In this document: positions 39,815-49,812 of the stretch, piece after piece
How positions within the stretch are numbered: the stretch's first letter is position 1
How the letters are laid out: every line of letters starts with the position of its first letter
Source: Kiritimatiellia bacterium
GTDB taxonomy: Bacteria; Verrucomicrobiota; Kiritimatiellia; UBA8416; JABMPJ01
Direction of reading: 5' to 3'
Length of the DNA stretch: 64,000 nucleotides
Assembly: GCA_016783675.1 (NCBI GenBank)
Contig: JADHWE010000006.1
Coordinates: forward strand, 1,406-65,405
Translations under genes and position numbers: made by a program
The notes under the pieces: generated by a model
What the model saw: only the letters and a program-made list of their open reading frames with translations
Told to the model about the DNA's origin: nothing
Databases searched by the model: none

Positions 39815-42800
39815 CTAAGCGCGTGGAGAGCGCGTGAAGCGGACCTGGCTCAGGCCGAAGCGTTCCCCGCCCCAGTTGCCGAGGCCAATGGTGGCATTGG
39901 GAGTGAGTCTAACGTACCGGGCTTTGGCGCCGTGGAAGGTGATGGGACTGTTCGCGCCGTCATCAACGTTAGAAGCGGGCATCCACTGTTTACCCGTCGC
40001 TTTGGCCAACCGGAACGGGTGACCGTCCGCGGTCAGCTCGGTCCATTGTTCACCGTCCTCGGAGGTCTCAATCGTCACATCGCGCATGCCGTTGGCGGTA
40101 CCGCCGTTCCACCAGAGCACGCGGTAGTTGTCGGGGCTGTTGAAGTTCCAGACCCACATCTCGTCCAAAGGCATGACCTCACCGAGATCGAACTGTATCC
40201 AGGACTCCCCACCGTCAGCCGGGATCGCATAGCAGCCAAAACCGTATGAGTTGGCCCGAGCACGTGCGGTTACATCGGGGCCGTCCATGCCATAGCCCTT
40301 CTCCAGGCTTTTCGGGCTGTTCCAGAAGTTCCGTGGTGCCTGCCCATTCGCAAGCGGAGAAGTCGTAACGATAACATCCGCCAGCACGTCCACCGTGAGC
40401 ACATAGACCGACACCGCGCATGCAAGCTCTACGCCATCGATCTCGGCAACCACGTCCACAACGGTTCGCCCTCGGCCAACGCCGGTTAAAATACCATCGG
40501 CGCTGACCCGGGCGATCTGATCGTCGCGCACGGTGAAGCAACACGCTGCTGTAGTGTCTCTCCGGCTTTCGTCCCTATGGACCACGTCGAAGGCCAACCT
40601 GGTTGACTCCGTGCCGGGTCGCAACAGGATATCCAGGTCCGCATCCGTATGCTTTTCTTCCGCCCTGACCGCCGGTTCGATCATCGGCACGAGCATCAGG
40701 GGCGGATTGCCTGCCTCTTCAGCCACGGCCGCACCGACGGCAACCCGGTAGAGTCCGCCGGGGACCGTCTCCCAGCTATGGAGTCCCCCTTCCGAGCGGA
40801 CATCGACAGTGGCGCCCTCGTTTTCCACCTGTTCCACGGCAATGGCATGCCCCGGCCAGCAGCTCTGCATGCAGCACATGCCGCCCTGCTCGGAGAGTAT
40901 CTCCAAGCGGATGGCTTCGCCGTCCTTGAGCTCGCCGGAAACGCGGAACGCACCCCGCACGCGCAAGCGTTCAAACGAAGCATTGCGCTCTTTCGGCCAT
41001 ACATGAAAGACCTTCAGCACCCCGCCGTGGGCTTGGGCCAGCATGCTGTTGATGAACTCGGTGGGCGCCGTCCCTTCAAACGAGTGGCTGCCGGGCAGGA
41101 AAGTGTTGTTTCGACGCAGGTGCTCGAATGGGCCCTCACCATCACCACCGATACGCGCCTTGAAGCGCTCAAGCAGGTCGTCGCCGGGCCACTCGGCGCG
41201 CACGGCCTGACCAAAGACACGCGTAAACGAGTTCTCCTGGTTCCACGACTGCAGGTAGCGGAGCGTGTTGCGCGCGATGATCTTTCCCTTGCCGGAGGGG
41301 TCCCGGTCGATGGCACCCCCGGGATAGACGGCATTCATGGCACACACGTTGTCGCCCACGCCCTGATGGGAGACCTTCATCCGGTTCTCCGCCTCTTTGA
41401 AGCAGAGGTCTCCGTCCACATTCGCCACGGGGTAGTCGCTCAGCCGCGCCTGGCAGTCGCGCCACAGGTCGCGGCGATTCTCGTCCGCCTCAAGCAACTC
41501 GCTCCCCTCAATCGCCGTCTCAAGGAGCCGACGGACAAAGGCAAGATCCTCCCCGGGATTGATGTCCCCCGGATTGCGCTCGCGCGCCGACCCTTCAATC
41601 ACGTACCGACCGGAGTCATCCAACGCCAGGTTGTCCTCCCAGAAGTCCATCAACTCGTGCACGTAGGGATAAAGCACATCCGCCAGAAACTCGCGGTCGC
41701 GTGTCGACTCCCAGTGCCAGATCATCGACAGCGCCGCCATGGAGGCATTGCTCTTCTGACCGAGCGCATCGTCATTGTCCTGAATGCCCCAGGGACCGAT
41801 CATGACAGGCATCACGATGCCCTTCGTATCCAGCCGCTTCGCGAGCTTGCGCCCCTGGGCGATATAGTCCAGACAGACTCGCGCATACGGCAGAATGAAC
41901 TCCCCGCGATTGGAGGAGCAGAGCCCCCAGAACGGCGACTCGCCGTTGTAGTTCATCGTATAGGTGCCGCCCCAGATCGGATTGGGGTTCGTGATCCAGC
42001 CGCCGGCCAGCCCGGGTGTCACGCGCCCATCCAGATCGATCGAACAGGCGTGGACGTACTGGGCGCCGTAATAGAAGCGCTCGAGCAACGGATCGCCGAG
42101 ATCGAGCCAGGACTTGAGCCAGAACTCACGCCACCATTCGGCATGATCCTTGAGTAGAGCAGTTATCGCGTCGTCATCACGCCCGTCCTGACTCCCGCAT
42201 CCTGGAGAGCCGGGAAGGGCTCCCGGCCTACATCTCGCATCTTGGCTTTGCTCCGTAGGACGGGAACCTTTCCCGTCCAGCGCTGCCAGCGCCTCTTCGA
42301 GATGCTTGTACTCGTCCTTGCCGCCCTTGACACTGAGCAGGAGCCGAACGGAACGGCCGGGCTGGACCTCGAACGAGAGTGCCGCTTGGAACCCCTTGTC
42401 ATAGACCGTGCGGACGTTGCCGGCACCCACGGCCCGCATGGCCATCGCTGCATTGACGGTGATGAACGAAGAGTGCTCCTTGCGCAGCCAGACTGTTGCG
42501 TCGTCGTGGTGGCCCTTGATGATGAAGAAGTTGTCGTGCTCGTTGCCTGTTTCGATTTCAACGGTCAGCGACGCGACCGCATCGACCGCTTCCAGCTCGT
42601 ACACGACCATGTCACGCTGGGCCAGCGCCAGGCAGCGCACATTCAGCCTGCCGCCTTCGATCGGCAGCTCGCTCCGGACCTCGGCATTCGACATGTCCTG
42701 AACATGCCGGAATCCCTGTGACTCCTGCGCAGCATTGTGAACCGTCAGACCAAGCCGGCAAAGCGGCGCCTGGCGGATATGGTGCTTCTGAAAAAGCATG

Positions 42801-43045
42801 TCCGGCTTCGGCATCACGGCCCAGAAGTCCGACTTGCTGAGATGATAGTTCACCTCGCGATGCGTCCCATCAACAGCAATGGTCAGCTTTCCGCCACCAC
42901 AGATCGGCGCGTCGGGAATGGTGTTCACCTCGGCGAGGGAGGGAATCGGGGTGTCGTAGACAGAGAGGTAGTTTCTGAGTTTGGATTCCAGCACCGACCA
43001 TTCGGGTGTCGGGTGTCGGGTGTCGGGTGTCGGGTGAGACGTCAC
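39815..43045 (-). CDS. large glycoside hydrolase (GH95-like six-hairpin core) with Big_2-like and C-terminal F5/8 type C (discoidin) domains
   Basis: The N-domain motif PICGGGKLT...SDFW and the core WGGTYTMNYNGESPFWG resemble the GH95 architecture. The Ig-like stretch is ILTGVGRGRTVVDVVAEI. The discoidin tail is NFNSPDNYRVLWWNGGTANGMRDVTIETSEDGEQWTEL. GTG 43045 start has a GAGGAG Shine-Dalgarno 7 nt upstream. The family assignment is tentative. Confidence 0.65.
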   Translation of the reverse strand: MTSHPTPDTRHPTPEWSVLESKLRNYLSVYDTPIPSLAEVNTIPDAPICGGGKLTIAVDGTHREVNYHLSKSDFWAVMPKPDMLFQKHHIRQAPLCRLGLTVHNAAQESQGFRHVQDMSNAEVRSELPIEGGRLNVRCLALAQRDMVVYELEAVDAVASLTVEIETGNEHDNFFIIKGHHDDATVWLRKEHSSFITVNAAMAMRAVGAGNVRTVYDKGFQAALSFEVQPGRSVRLLLSVKGGKDEYKHLEEALAALDGKGSRPTEQSQDARCRPGALPGSPGCGSQDGRDDDAITALLKDHAEWWREFWLKSWLDLGDPLLERFYYGAQYVHACSIDLDGRVTPGLAGGWITNPNPIWGGTYTMNYNGESPFWGLCSSNRGEFILPYARVCLDYIAQGRKLAKRLDTKGIVMPVMIGPWGIQDNDDALGQKSNASMAALSMIWHWESTRDREFLADVLYPYVHELMDFWEDNLALDDSGRYVIEGSARERNPGDINPGEDLAFVRRLLETAIEGSELLEADENRRDLWRDCQARLSDYPVANVDGDLCFKEAENRMKVSHQGVGDNVCAMNAVYPGGAIDRDPSGKGKIIARNTLRYLQSWNQENSFTRVFGQAVRAEWPGDDLLERFKARIGGDGEGPFEHLRRNNTFLPGSHSFEGTAPTEFINSMLAQAHGGVLKVFHVWPKERNASFERLRVRGAFRVSGELKDGEAIRLEILSEQGGMCCMQSCWPGHAIAVEQVENEGATVDVRSEGGLHSWETVPGGLYRVAVGAAVAEEAGNPPLMLVPMIEPAVRAEEKHTDADLDILLRPGTESTRLAFDVVHRDESRRDTTAACCFTVRDDQIARVSADGILTGVGRGRTVVDVVAEIDGVELACAVSVYVLTVDVLADVIVTTSPLANGQAPRNFWNSPKSLEKGYGMDGPDVTARARANSYGFGCYAIPADGGESWIQFDLGEVMPLDEMWVWNFNSPDNYRVLWWNGGTANGMRDVTIETSEDGEQWTELTADGHPFRLAKATGKQWMPASNVDDGANSPITFHGAKARYVRLTPNATIGLGNWGGERFGLSQVRFTRSPRA
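43002..43036. repeat. heptanucleotide tandem repeat (about 5 copies of CGGGTGT; CDS sense ACACCCG)
   Basis: Read directly from the sequence at 43002-43036. It encodes HPTPDTRHPTP in codons 4-14 of the GH95-like ORF. Confidence 0.9.
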
Positions 43046-43049
43046 AGCA

Positions 43050-45890
43050 CTACTCCTCTGCCACTATTTGTTCATCACTCGCCACTTCGAGAGTCACAAT
43101 CTTCCCGGGCCCGGCCTCGACCACGACGGTCGATTCATCCACCAGTTCCAGCGGCGCGATGCGTGTTTCATTGAGGTCGGTCAGATACGCCGCTTTCAGC
43201 TTCGCCCTTAACCGCACCGTGCCATGGATCGTGTCACCCGTCGGATTGAACACGCGCAGGATGCAGCTTTCGCGGCCTTGGGCCTGCTTGAACGTGGACA
43301 CGACCAGGTTGGCGGGCTCGACGGCATAGAAGCTGGCTTCCGGTGGCAGCGCCCCCGCTTGCCCACTCGCGGTGAGCTGGAACGGAGCGGGCGGCGCGCT
43401 CAAGGCCTCGGCCTCGGCGTAGACCTCCCCTGCTGCCCAGTCGCCGCTGTGCGGATAGAGAGCGTAGTCGAAGGTCATCTTGCGCTGGAGCTGACTGCCG
43501 TCCTGGTCGGGGAAGACCCCAACCGCCTCCCACCACGTCACGATCATATTCCCCATGGCGCGAAAGAGCGTCATACGGAGCGTGGCATTCTCGTCGTCGC
43601 AGGCTTCGTACTCGGTCATACCGGTATGCAGCAGCGCCAGGCCCTGTCCGTCGGCGGAGAGGTCGACGAAATGCTGCGTCGGCAGCGTCTGCATCTCGGG
43701 CCAGTATTCGCCATGCTCGTCTGTGACCGGAACACGCGGGCGCTCATCCACCGTGAAGTGACCCGAGGCGCAGGCGTTCTTGGCCTTGATCCCGGTCGGG
43801 AAGGCCACGCGCAGGCGGTGATTGCAGATCGTGTTGTCAATCTCCGTCCGGATGTCCACACGCCTCGCGCCCTTCTTGAGCGTGACGCGCGAGGTGACTA
43901 CCAGCTCCTTCGTCTCGCTGCTGCGCCGGCTCTCCCCGCGGACGCCGCACTCAGGTTCGTGTGCGAAAGAGGGCAGATCGAGACGATGATCAATGCCGAT
44001 CGTGGCTGAGAGCGGGCCGTTCGTCTCCAGCCAAATCCGCGGATGCGAAGAGAGGGTGTTGAACACCTGATCGTTGTAGGGCGGATAGAAGGCCCAGTAA
44101 TTGCCGACATCGCCGCCGTCCTCGAAGTAGTGCAGGCCGTCGTAGGTTGTGCCCGAGACCTTGTCGGTCAACGACAGCGTGCCGTTGCCGGCCACCTCAA
44201 CGCGCAGATGTTCGTTCTCGAGCACGTTATCCGCCGGCGAAAGGCCCTCGCCGGTGCTGCGGCGCATCTCGAGCCAGTAGTGGTGGTCGCGCTGGAAGTG
44301 CGACTTCGGCGCAAAGCGGATCACCTTGTAGCCGCCGGCAGGCACCTCGCCCGCATCGACGTAGAGCAGGTGGCGATCCGCCTTGTAGGGCCAGGGACGG
44401 GCTTCGACATCGTGCACGGGAAAAGTCTTCTCGGACCGGGAGATCTCCTGAACAGGAAGCGATGACCCGGCACTATCGGTCGCCGACAGGCTCCAGGTCC
44501 CCTGCCCGCCCGGTGTACAGACGCAGGCCGCCACGACTTCGCGGCGCGGTCGCGGCAAGGGGTTAAAGACCACCACGACCTGTTCGTCTTCGCCGCACAT
44601 TGAGAGGTCGATCTGCTTCAGCACGTCCGCGACCGCTTTGTCGTATACGACGTTGCCGATTTCCAGTGCCTGGTTGAGACGATACTCAACGTCAGTGGCC
44701 GTCTTGTCCTGGGTGACACCGTTGATCGAGTCGTGCGGGTGCGATTGGAGCAGATGTTTCCAGGCCGCGTCCATCAGTCCACGCGGATAGGCCGTACCCA
44801 GCAGCGAGAGTGCTGCCGCCAGCGGCTCCGTCTTGCGTAACATCACGTTCTGAGCCTGCTTGTTAAGCACTTTGAGGTAGGCCCGCGAGGCCAGCGCATT
44901 GCCGGAGCAGTCGCAGGATGGACCATCGCGCAGCTCGCCTTCGATTACGCGCAACGCGGCGGGATCGATTTCTTCGTGCATCTTCTGCACGTACGCTTCA
45001 AGGCGCTCATGCACGAATTCGGTGTCCGGGCTCTGTTCATTCAGATCCTTGATCATCGCAGAAAGATTCGGATGCGGTGTCGAGAAATCGGTGCCGTTCA
45101 GGAAGAGCCGGTGATCCTTCACCACGGTATCCTCCGTGGCAGCCCAAGCGTCGTCAGCACCTTTCATCAGCCGTTCTGCCGAATGCGCCATCTTCGGCTC
45201 GATCATGAAGAAGTCGTCATCGGCCCGCTCCACCCGCGCGTCATGCATCGCGCCGCCCGACAGGGCCGGGTCGTACCGGAATTCGCCAGACATGCAATTG
45301 ACGCCGTACTTGGCGTAGAGGGTGGCATGGAAATAGAAATTGGCGCGCGCGTGTTCGCCGAGGCGGGTGGTGAGGACACGCGTGCCATCCGGGGCCTCCC
45401 ACATGAACTCGCTTTCCGGGGCACGTTCTTTGGATACCCGTTTCGCGCAGATGATGAAGTCGATCCCGAAGCCCGCATAGATCTGCGGGAACTGGGCGGT
45501 CTGCCCCCAGCCGAAGGAGTTGTAGCCCACCAGCATCGGTTCGCCGTACTGGGCCGCGATCCGTGTTCCAGTCAACAGGTTGCGCACCAGGCACTCACCA
45601 TCCACCGGATAGAGGTCCGGTAGCGTATACCAAGGGCCAATCGCAATCCGCCCATCACGAATATGCTTCGTCACGCGTTCGCGATCATGCGGCGCCACCT
45701 CCAGGTAGTCCTCAATCGGCGCGACCTGACCATCCAACACGAAACTACGGTAGTCCGGATCGGAGTCCAGCGTATCAAGGAGCTCCTCCATGAACTCAAC
45801 CAACAGGACGCGGTTCTTCCATATCGGGTAACGCCACTCACGGTCCCAGTGCGTGTGTGGCACGATATAGGCTGTCTTTGTTTTCTTCAT
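43050..45890 (-). CDS. GH38 alpha-mannosidase (no signal peptide)
   Basis: MKKTKTAYIVPHTHWDREWRYP N-terminal signature. The 946-aa multi-domain size is typical of GH38. Confidence 0.85.
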   Translation of the reverse strand: MKKTKTAYIVPHTHWDREWRYPIWKNRVLLVEFMEELLDTLDSDPDYRSFVLDGQVAPIEDYLEVAPHDRERVTKHIRDGRIAIGPWYTLPDLYPVDGECLVRNLLTGTRIAAQYGEPMLVGYNSFGWGQTAQFPQIYAGFGIDFIICAKRVSKERAPESEFMWEAPDGTRVLTTRLGEHARANFYFHATLYAKYGVNCMSGEFRYDPALSGGAMHDARVERADDDFFMIEPKMAHSAERLMKGADDAWAATEDTVVKDHRLFLNGTDFSTPHPNLSAMIKDLNEQSPDTEFVHERLEAYVQKMHEEIDPAALRVIEGELRDGPSCDCSGNALASRAYLKVLNKQAQNVMLRKTEPLAAALSLLGTAYPRGLMDAAWKHLLQSHPHDSINGVTQDKTATDVEYRLNQALEIGNVVYDKAVADVLKQIDLSMCGEDEQVVVVFNPLPRPRREVVAACVCTPGGQGTWSLSATDSAGSSLPVQEISRSEKTFPVHDVEARPWPYKADRHLLYVDAGEVPAGGYKVIRFAPKSHFQRDHHYWLEMRRSTGEGLSPADNVLENEHLRVEVAGNGTLSLTDKVSGTTYDGLHYFEDGGDVGNYWAFYPPYNDQVFNTLSSHPRIWLETNGPLSATIGIDHRLDLPSFAHEPECGVRGESRRSSETKELVVTSRVTLKKGARRVDIRTEIDNTICNHRLRVAFPTGIKAKNACASGHFTVDERPRVPVTDEHGEYWPEMQTLPTQHFVDLSADGQGLALLHTGMTEYEACDDENATLRMTLFRAMGNMIVTWWEAVGVFPDQDGSQLQRKMTFDYALYPHSGDWAAGEVYAEAEALSAPPAPFQLTASGQAGALPPEASFYAVEPANLVVSTFKQAQGRESCILRVFNPTGDTIHGTVRLRAKLKAAYLTDLNETRIAPLELVDESTVVVEAGPGKIVTLEVASDEQIVAEE

Positions 45891-45916
45891 ACTCCGTCCA
45901 TGTTCCGTTTCTCCGG

Positions 45917-45965
45917 TCCATCATTCAATCGTCACTATGCATCACTTTGGAATGCCACTGCATCA
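45917..45965. promoter_or_regulatory. three phased TGCATCA-type direct repeats upstream of GH38
   Basis: TCCATCA at 45917, TGCATCA at 45938, TGCATCA at 45959. Start-to-start spacing is 21 nt for both steps. Confidence 0.55.
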
Positions 45966-45996
45966 TTATGGCCATTGCGATTGCCGTGTACCCCAC

Positions 45997-46962
45997 CTAC
46001 GACAAGCGCTTCAGCACGCCCTCGAAGCCCTCTTCATAGTGCGTGCAGAGGCCTTGGGTTCCGCTGTCGATGATGTTGCCGCCACCGATGCCGATCGGGG
46101 CGAAGCCGGCCAGCAGGATGGAGACGATCCCGGCGCCGCTGTCCTCGATGCCAACCACCTGGTGCCGATCTTCGAACGGAATGCCGAGACCAACCCGTGC
46201 CGTCTCGGCGTAAAGCCACGGGTGCGGCTTGGGAGAGAGCTCGCCAAGCGTGCCTGGTTCGCCGGGGCGAATGGCGTGACCGGCGGTGATGATGGCATCG
46301 TAGAAATCGTTGGGGTCGCCCATATCCAGCGTCTTGAATGCATCGAGGATTTCCGGCCATGCCTTCTCGTAGAGACCGGAAGTCACCAGCCCAATCTTCA
46401 GGCCCATGGCCTTGAGCTCATGCAGGAACTCCTTGATGCCCGGTGACGGCGTGAAGGCGCCCTTCTTGCCGCGGCCTTCCATGATCTCATTCATCTCGTG
46501 GTTGGTGTGCTTGAAGTACCAGGTCCGCGCCTCTTCTACCGACTTGTCCGGGCAGTATTTGCCAATGCAGTACTGCAGGTGTTCGGAGACCGAGTGGCCT
46601 GATACAAAGGGCTCGTCTGCGGCTTCGAGTCGGAAGGTCGAATCGCCCAGCAGGCTGGCCGTCGTCTTCTCAATGATCCAGATCCAGAAATGCTCGCTGT
46701 GGACCGTGGTGCCGTCCAGGTCCATCAGCACCGCCTTCAGCGGCCTATCGATCCGTACATCATGCAGGGGGTAGTAGGCCGGGTAGCCCATCGCCGATGC
46801 GACATAGGCAACGGCCCGGTCTTTGAACTGAATGAACTCCACCTTACCGTCGCCGGTTCGGGTGATATGCTCAACCCCATCCACCCCACACCGGAAACCG
46901 CCGTCGCTACAAGCGTCCAACGGAACCAGCCCTGCACTGCTCAGATTGATTTGTGAAGTCAT
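45997..46962 (-). CDS. HAD-superfamily hydrolase (beta-phosphoglucomutase/phosphatase-like) with an N-terminal extension
   Basis: Motif I VLMDLDGTTV, motif II GLVTSG, motif IV GIEDSGAG. Start taken at Met 46962. Confidence 0.7.
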   Translation of the reverse strand: MTSQINLSSAGLVPLDACSDGGFRCGVDGVEHITRTGDGKVEFIQFKDRAVAYVASAMGYPAYYPLHDVRIDRPLKAVLMDLDGTTVHSEHFWIWIIEKTTASLLGDSTFRLEAADEPFVSGHSVSEHLQYCIGKYCPDKSVEEARTWYFKHTNHEMNEIMEGRGKKGAFTPSPGIKEFLHELKAMGLKIGLVTSGLYEKAWPEILDAFKTLDMGDPNDFYDAIITAGHAIRPGEPGTLGELSPKPHPWLYAETARVGLGIPFEDRHQVVGIEDSGAGIVSILLAGFAPIGIGGGNIIDSGTQGLCTHYEEGFEGVLKRLS

Positions 46963-47010
46963 AGTGCCAAAGAGAATGCCGCATCCTCGCCAAAGCCACA
47001 ACGGCTTTGT

Positions 47011-47038
47011 TGCATCATATTCCCGTGCTTATGCATCA
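47011..47038. promoter_or_regulatory. paired TGCATCA direct repeats upstream of the HAD gene
   Basis: TGCATCA at 47011 and 47032, spacing 21 nt. Confidence 0.55.
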
Positions 47039-47110
47039 CATCGGACAGTGAGAGGGCATCCCTTCCCCACTGTCGGATATCGACCCACCTCTCGAACTCT
47101 AACGAGGCCA

Positions 47111-48520
47111 CTATTGCGGACACCCCAGCCCCTGCAGGTCAGTCCCGGTCTCCAATCGCCACCGGAAGATGCGATCTTTGAGGTCCCGCTCCAGGTCGCT
47201 CATATCACCACGACCCGCCAGGTTCTGTAGTTCCCGGGGATCCTTCTGCATGTCGAAGAGCTGCAGCGTCTCGGCTTCGACATTGATCACCATCTTGTAG
47301 CGCTGCGTGCGGATCATTGTCGTGCGGCCACCGGCGTTCTCAATCTCACTGAAGACGGCCTCGTGAAATGTCGCGCCGGCGTCCGCTGTTGCCGGTACCA
47401 GCGATTGGCCGAAGCAGTCGACTGATTCCACACCGGCAGCCTCCAGGACGGTCGGAAAGATGTCATTAATGCTGACGATGCTTTCACACCCCTTCCCCGC
47501 TCCCGGATTGCCGGGCAGACGAAGGATCAGGGGCACGCGAGCGGATTCGTCATAGTACACGGACTTGTGCACCTTGCCCCGATCACAGAGCCGGTCACCA
47601 TGATCAGACCAGAACGCAATGACCGTATTGTCCAGTTCGCCCTTTGCCTCGAGCACGTCCAAGAGCTCCCCAACAAGGCTGTCGAGATGGGCGATCTTGG
47701 CATAGTAAAGCCGGCGGATAGCCTGCCACGTTTCCTTGTCTGCCGGCTCGCCCATCATCGCCTTGTGGAACGCTTGCGCCGACGCGCCTAACCACGCTTC
47801 GGCCTCGGTCGGGGGGAGTGGCGCGGGCACATCGACATCCTCAAACCTGTCGGCCCACGCCTGGGGCGGATCCCACGGATCGTGCGGCCCGCCGATGCCG
47901 ACGAATACGGCAAACGGCCGCTCATCATCATAGTCCCGCAAGTACCTTGCAGCCGTACGAACGACAAACGTGTCCATGTGTTCGTCTTCGGGCAGAGGAC
48001 TGGGCCAGGTGGCCTTGAAGGGTCCAACCTCCTGTCGCCTAAGATAGTCGTCCCTGAACATGTCGAGTAGCCCCATTTTCCGCCAGCGATCGGTCAGGAT
48101 GGAGTCGGTATCAAGTGTTGCCCACGGACCCGTGGTTTCGAGTACATCCTCATGACCCAGGCTCTTTACATAGTCCTTTTCACTCTCCAGGTGTTGACCG
48201 GAATGGACGTAGTAGTGCGACTTACCGATGTGGGCGGTGCGGTATCCGTTCTCCCGGAGCACACTCATGTAGGTGCGTGTCCCCGCCGGCAGGTGGCCGG
48301 TATTGCTCCACTGGCCGGTGTTGTGGCTGTAGAGGCCGCTGATGCAGTTACTGCGTGCAGGCATGCAGATCGGACTCGAACTGTAGGCGTTGTCAAACCG
48401 CACCCCCATGGAGGCCAGCCGATCCAGGTTCGGCGTCTGGACCGCGGGATGCCCCGCAGACGCCAGCGAGTCGCCCCGCAACGTGTCCGGCATGATCACG
48501 AGAATGTTGGGTTTCTTCAT
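47111..48520 (-). CDS. Cys-type sulfatase (no signal peptide)
   Basis: NILVIMPDTLRGD and the C-x-P-x-R motif in SSPICMPARSNCISG. Confidence 0.85.
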   Translation of the reverse strand: MKKPNILVIMPDTLRGDSLASAGHPAVQTPNLDRLASMGVRFDNAYSSSPICMPARSNCISGLYSHNTGQWSNTGHLPAGTRTYMSVLRENGYRTAHIGKSHYYVHSGQHLESEKDYVKSLGHEDVLETTGPWATLDTDSILTDRWRKMGLLDMFRDDYLRRQEVGPFKATWPSPLPEDEHMDTFVVRTAARYLRDYDDERPFAVFVGIGGPHDPWDPPQAWADRFEDVDVPAPLPPTEAEAWLGASAQAFHKAMMGEPADKETWQAIRRLYYAKIAHLDSLVGELLDVLEAKGELDNTVIAFWSDHGDRLCDRGKVHKSVYYDESARVPLILRLPGNPGAGKGCESIVSINDIFPTVLEAAGVESVDCFGQSLVPATADAGATFHEAVFSEIENAGGRTTMIRTQRYKMVINVEAETLQLFDMQKDPRELQNLAGRGDMSDLERDLKDRIFRWRLETGTDLQGLGCPQ

Positions 48521-48531
48521 AGCAATCGAGT

Positions 48532-49746
48532 TCAGTCCAGCGGCTTAATCTTCAGGTTGCGAAACCAGATCGGCGCCCCACCGTGTTTGCCCTGGAAGCC
48601 AATGCGGCCTTTGGTGGGATGGTTGTTGAGCGGCTTGCTCAGCCATCCTGGCTTTTTCGTGCCATCCGGGTTATGCGTGGCGGAATCCCACTTGAGCATA
48701 TCCATGGAGTTCACGTGTTCGCCGTTGAGGATCACATCGATACGTGGGCCTTTGCAGATGATCGTGTAGCGATTCCACTCCCCTGCGGGTTTCACCGCAC
48801 TCTCACAGGGCGCCAAGCGCCCGAAGATGGCCCCGCACTTCCAGGTGGGATTCGCCTTGGCCCATTTTTCCGACTCGTCATCGGTAATCTGAATCTCTAC
48901 CGAGTTCCGAACCCAACCGGCCGGATCCGTGAGGTATACAAACACGCCGCTGTTGGCGGCCGGGCCGTTCTTGAATTCGAGATCGAGAACGAAGTTCTCG
49001 TATTCCTTTTTGGTCATGATCAGCTTGTCCTGGCTGGCAGTGATCTCGCCATTCGACACGGTCCAGACCCCTGCAGGGAACTCGGCATTCGAGAGATCAG
49101 GAGCGAACAGCGGCTCCCAGCCGGCAGCACCGACCGCAGCGGGATTCTTCGCCACCGCCTTCAGCTCTTCGGCCGTGAGCAGTTCCAGCTCGGAGAGCTG
49201 GGTGGTGTGCGTGCCCCAGTTCTTAGTGACGTCCAGTTTGTACCAGGCGTAGTCGCCCGGCTTACTGACCTCGAACTGGCGCCTCTGGAAGCGCTGCGAG
49301 AACTCCTCGTCCTTGCGCTGATCCAACACATCCCACTGCTTGCCATCCGTGGATCCCCTCAGGGTCCAATTGCAGGGATCGCGCAGCGGATGATCGTTGG
49401 CCGTGGTCAGGGCATAGGCCACAACATGCTTCGTCGTGCCCTTCGCGGACTGGTGCTGAATCCACATCGTAGGAGCGAGAGTGCAGTACTTGGTTTTCGC
49501 AGTGCCGTCAAACGCCATTTCCGGTCCCTCGCCGCACGCGGCACCTTCGGTGCACGCACTTACCGTTGCTCCCCCGGACAGCTTCGCGGCCGCCCCGTTC
49601 TCCGGCTCCGGCCAGAGGCCGCTTCCCTCCCGGCGGTAGTTCTCATAGACCTCATCCAGCGCGTCTATGCCCACAAACTCCGCACCCGCACAGGCGAGGC
49701 AAGAGATCGACAACACTATCCCGCAAACCACTATCACGTTTCGCAT
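48532..49746 (-). CDS. secreted F5/8 type C (discoidin) + DUF1080 (3-keto-disaccharide hydrolase-like) protein
   Basis: Signal peptide. Discoidin region (AFDGTAKTKYCT...WTLRGSTDGKQWDVL). DUF1080 region (GWEPLF...GVWTVSNGEITAS...SGVFVY...EIQITDD...GRIGFQGKHGGAPIWFRNLKIKPL). Confidence 0.7.
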   Translation of the reverse strand: MRNVIVVCGIVLSISCLACAGAEFVGIDALDEVYENYRREGSGLWPEPENGAAAKLSGGATVSACTEGAACGEGPEMAFDGTAKTKYCTLAPTMWIQHQSAKGTTKHVVAYALTTANDHPLRDPCNWTLRGSTDGKQWDVLDQRKDEEFSQRFQRRQFEVSKPGDYAWYKLDVTKNWGTHTTQLSELELLTAEELKAVAKNPAAVGAAGWEPLFAPDLSNAEFPAGVWTVSNGEITASQDKLIMTKKEYENFVLDLEFKNGPAANSGVFVYLTDPAGWVRNSVEIQITDDESEKWAKANPTWKCGAIFGRLAPCESAVKPAGEWNRYTIICKGPRIDVILNGEHVNSMDMLKWDSATHNPDGTKKPGWLSKPLNNHPTKGRIGFQGKHGGAPIWFRNLKIKPLD

Positions 49747-49771
49747 GTTCAGCGTCCTTTGGATCCTGAAT

Positions 49772-49812
49772 CCCTCACAATTTTCAATCTTAAACTTTCA
49801 ATTTTCAATTCT
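49772..49812. repeat. AT-rich intergenic spacer with three TTTCAAT copies
   Basis: TTTCAAT at 49782, 49796 and 49803, between the Gfo stop codon (49813) and the DUF1080 start codon (49746). Confidence 0.6.

Noticed and set aside
40649-42157. 502-aa + strand ORF antisense to the GH95-like gene. Similar antisense ORFs occur at 43224..44009, 44976..45623, 48583..50052, 50104..51177, 53458..54444, 57670..58620 and 61411..62262.
   Set aside because: All are embedded opposite long ORFs that carry recognisable domains. Their compositions are Arg/Pro/His-rich and none has an SD or family motifs.
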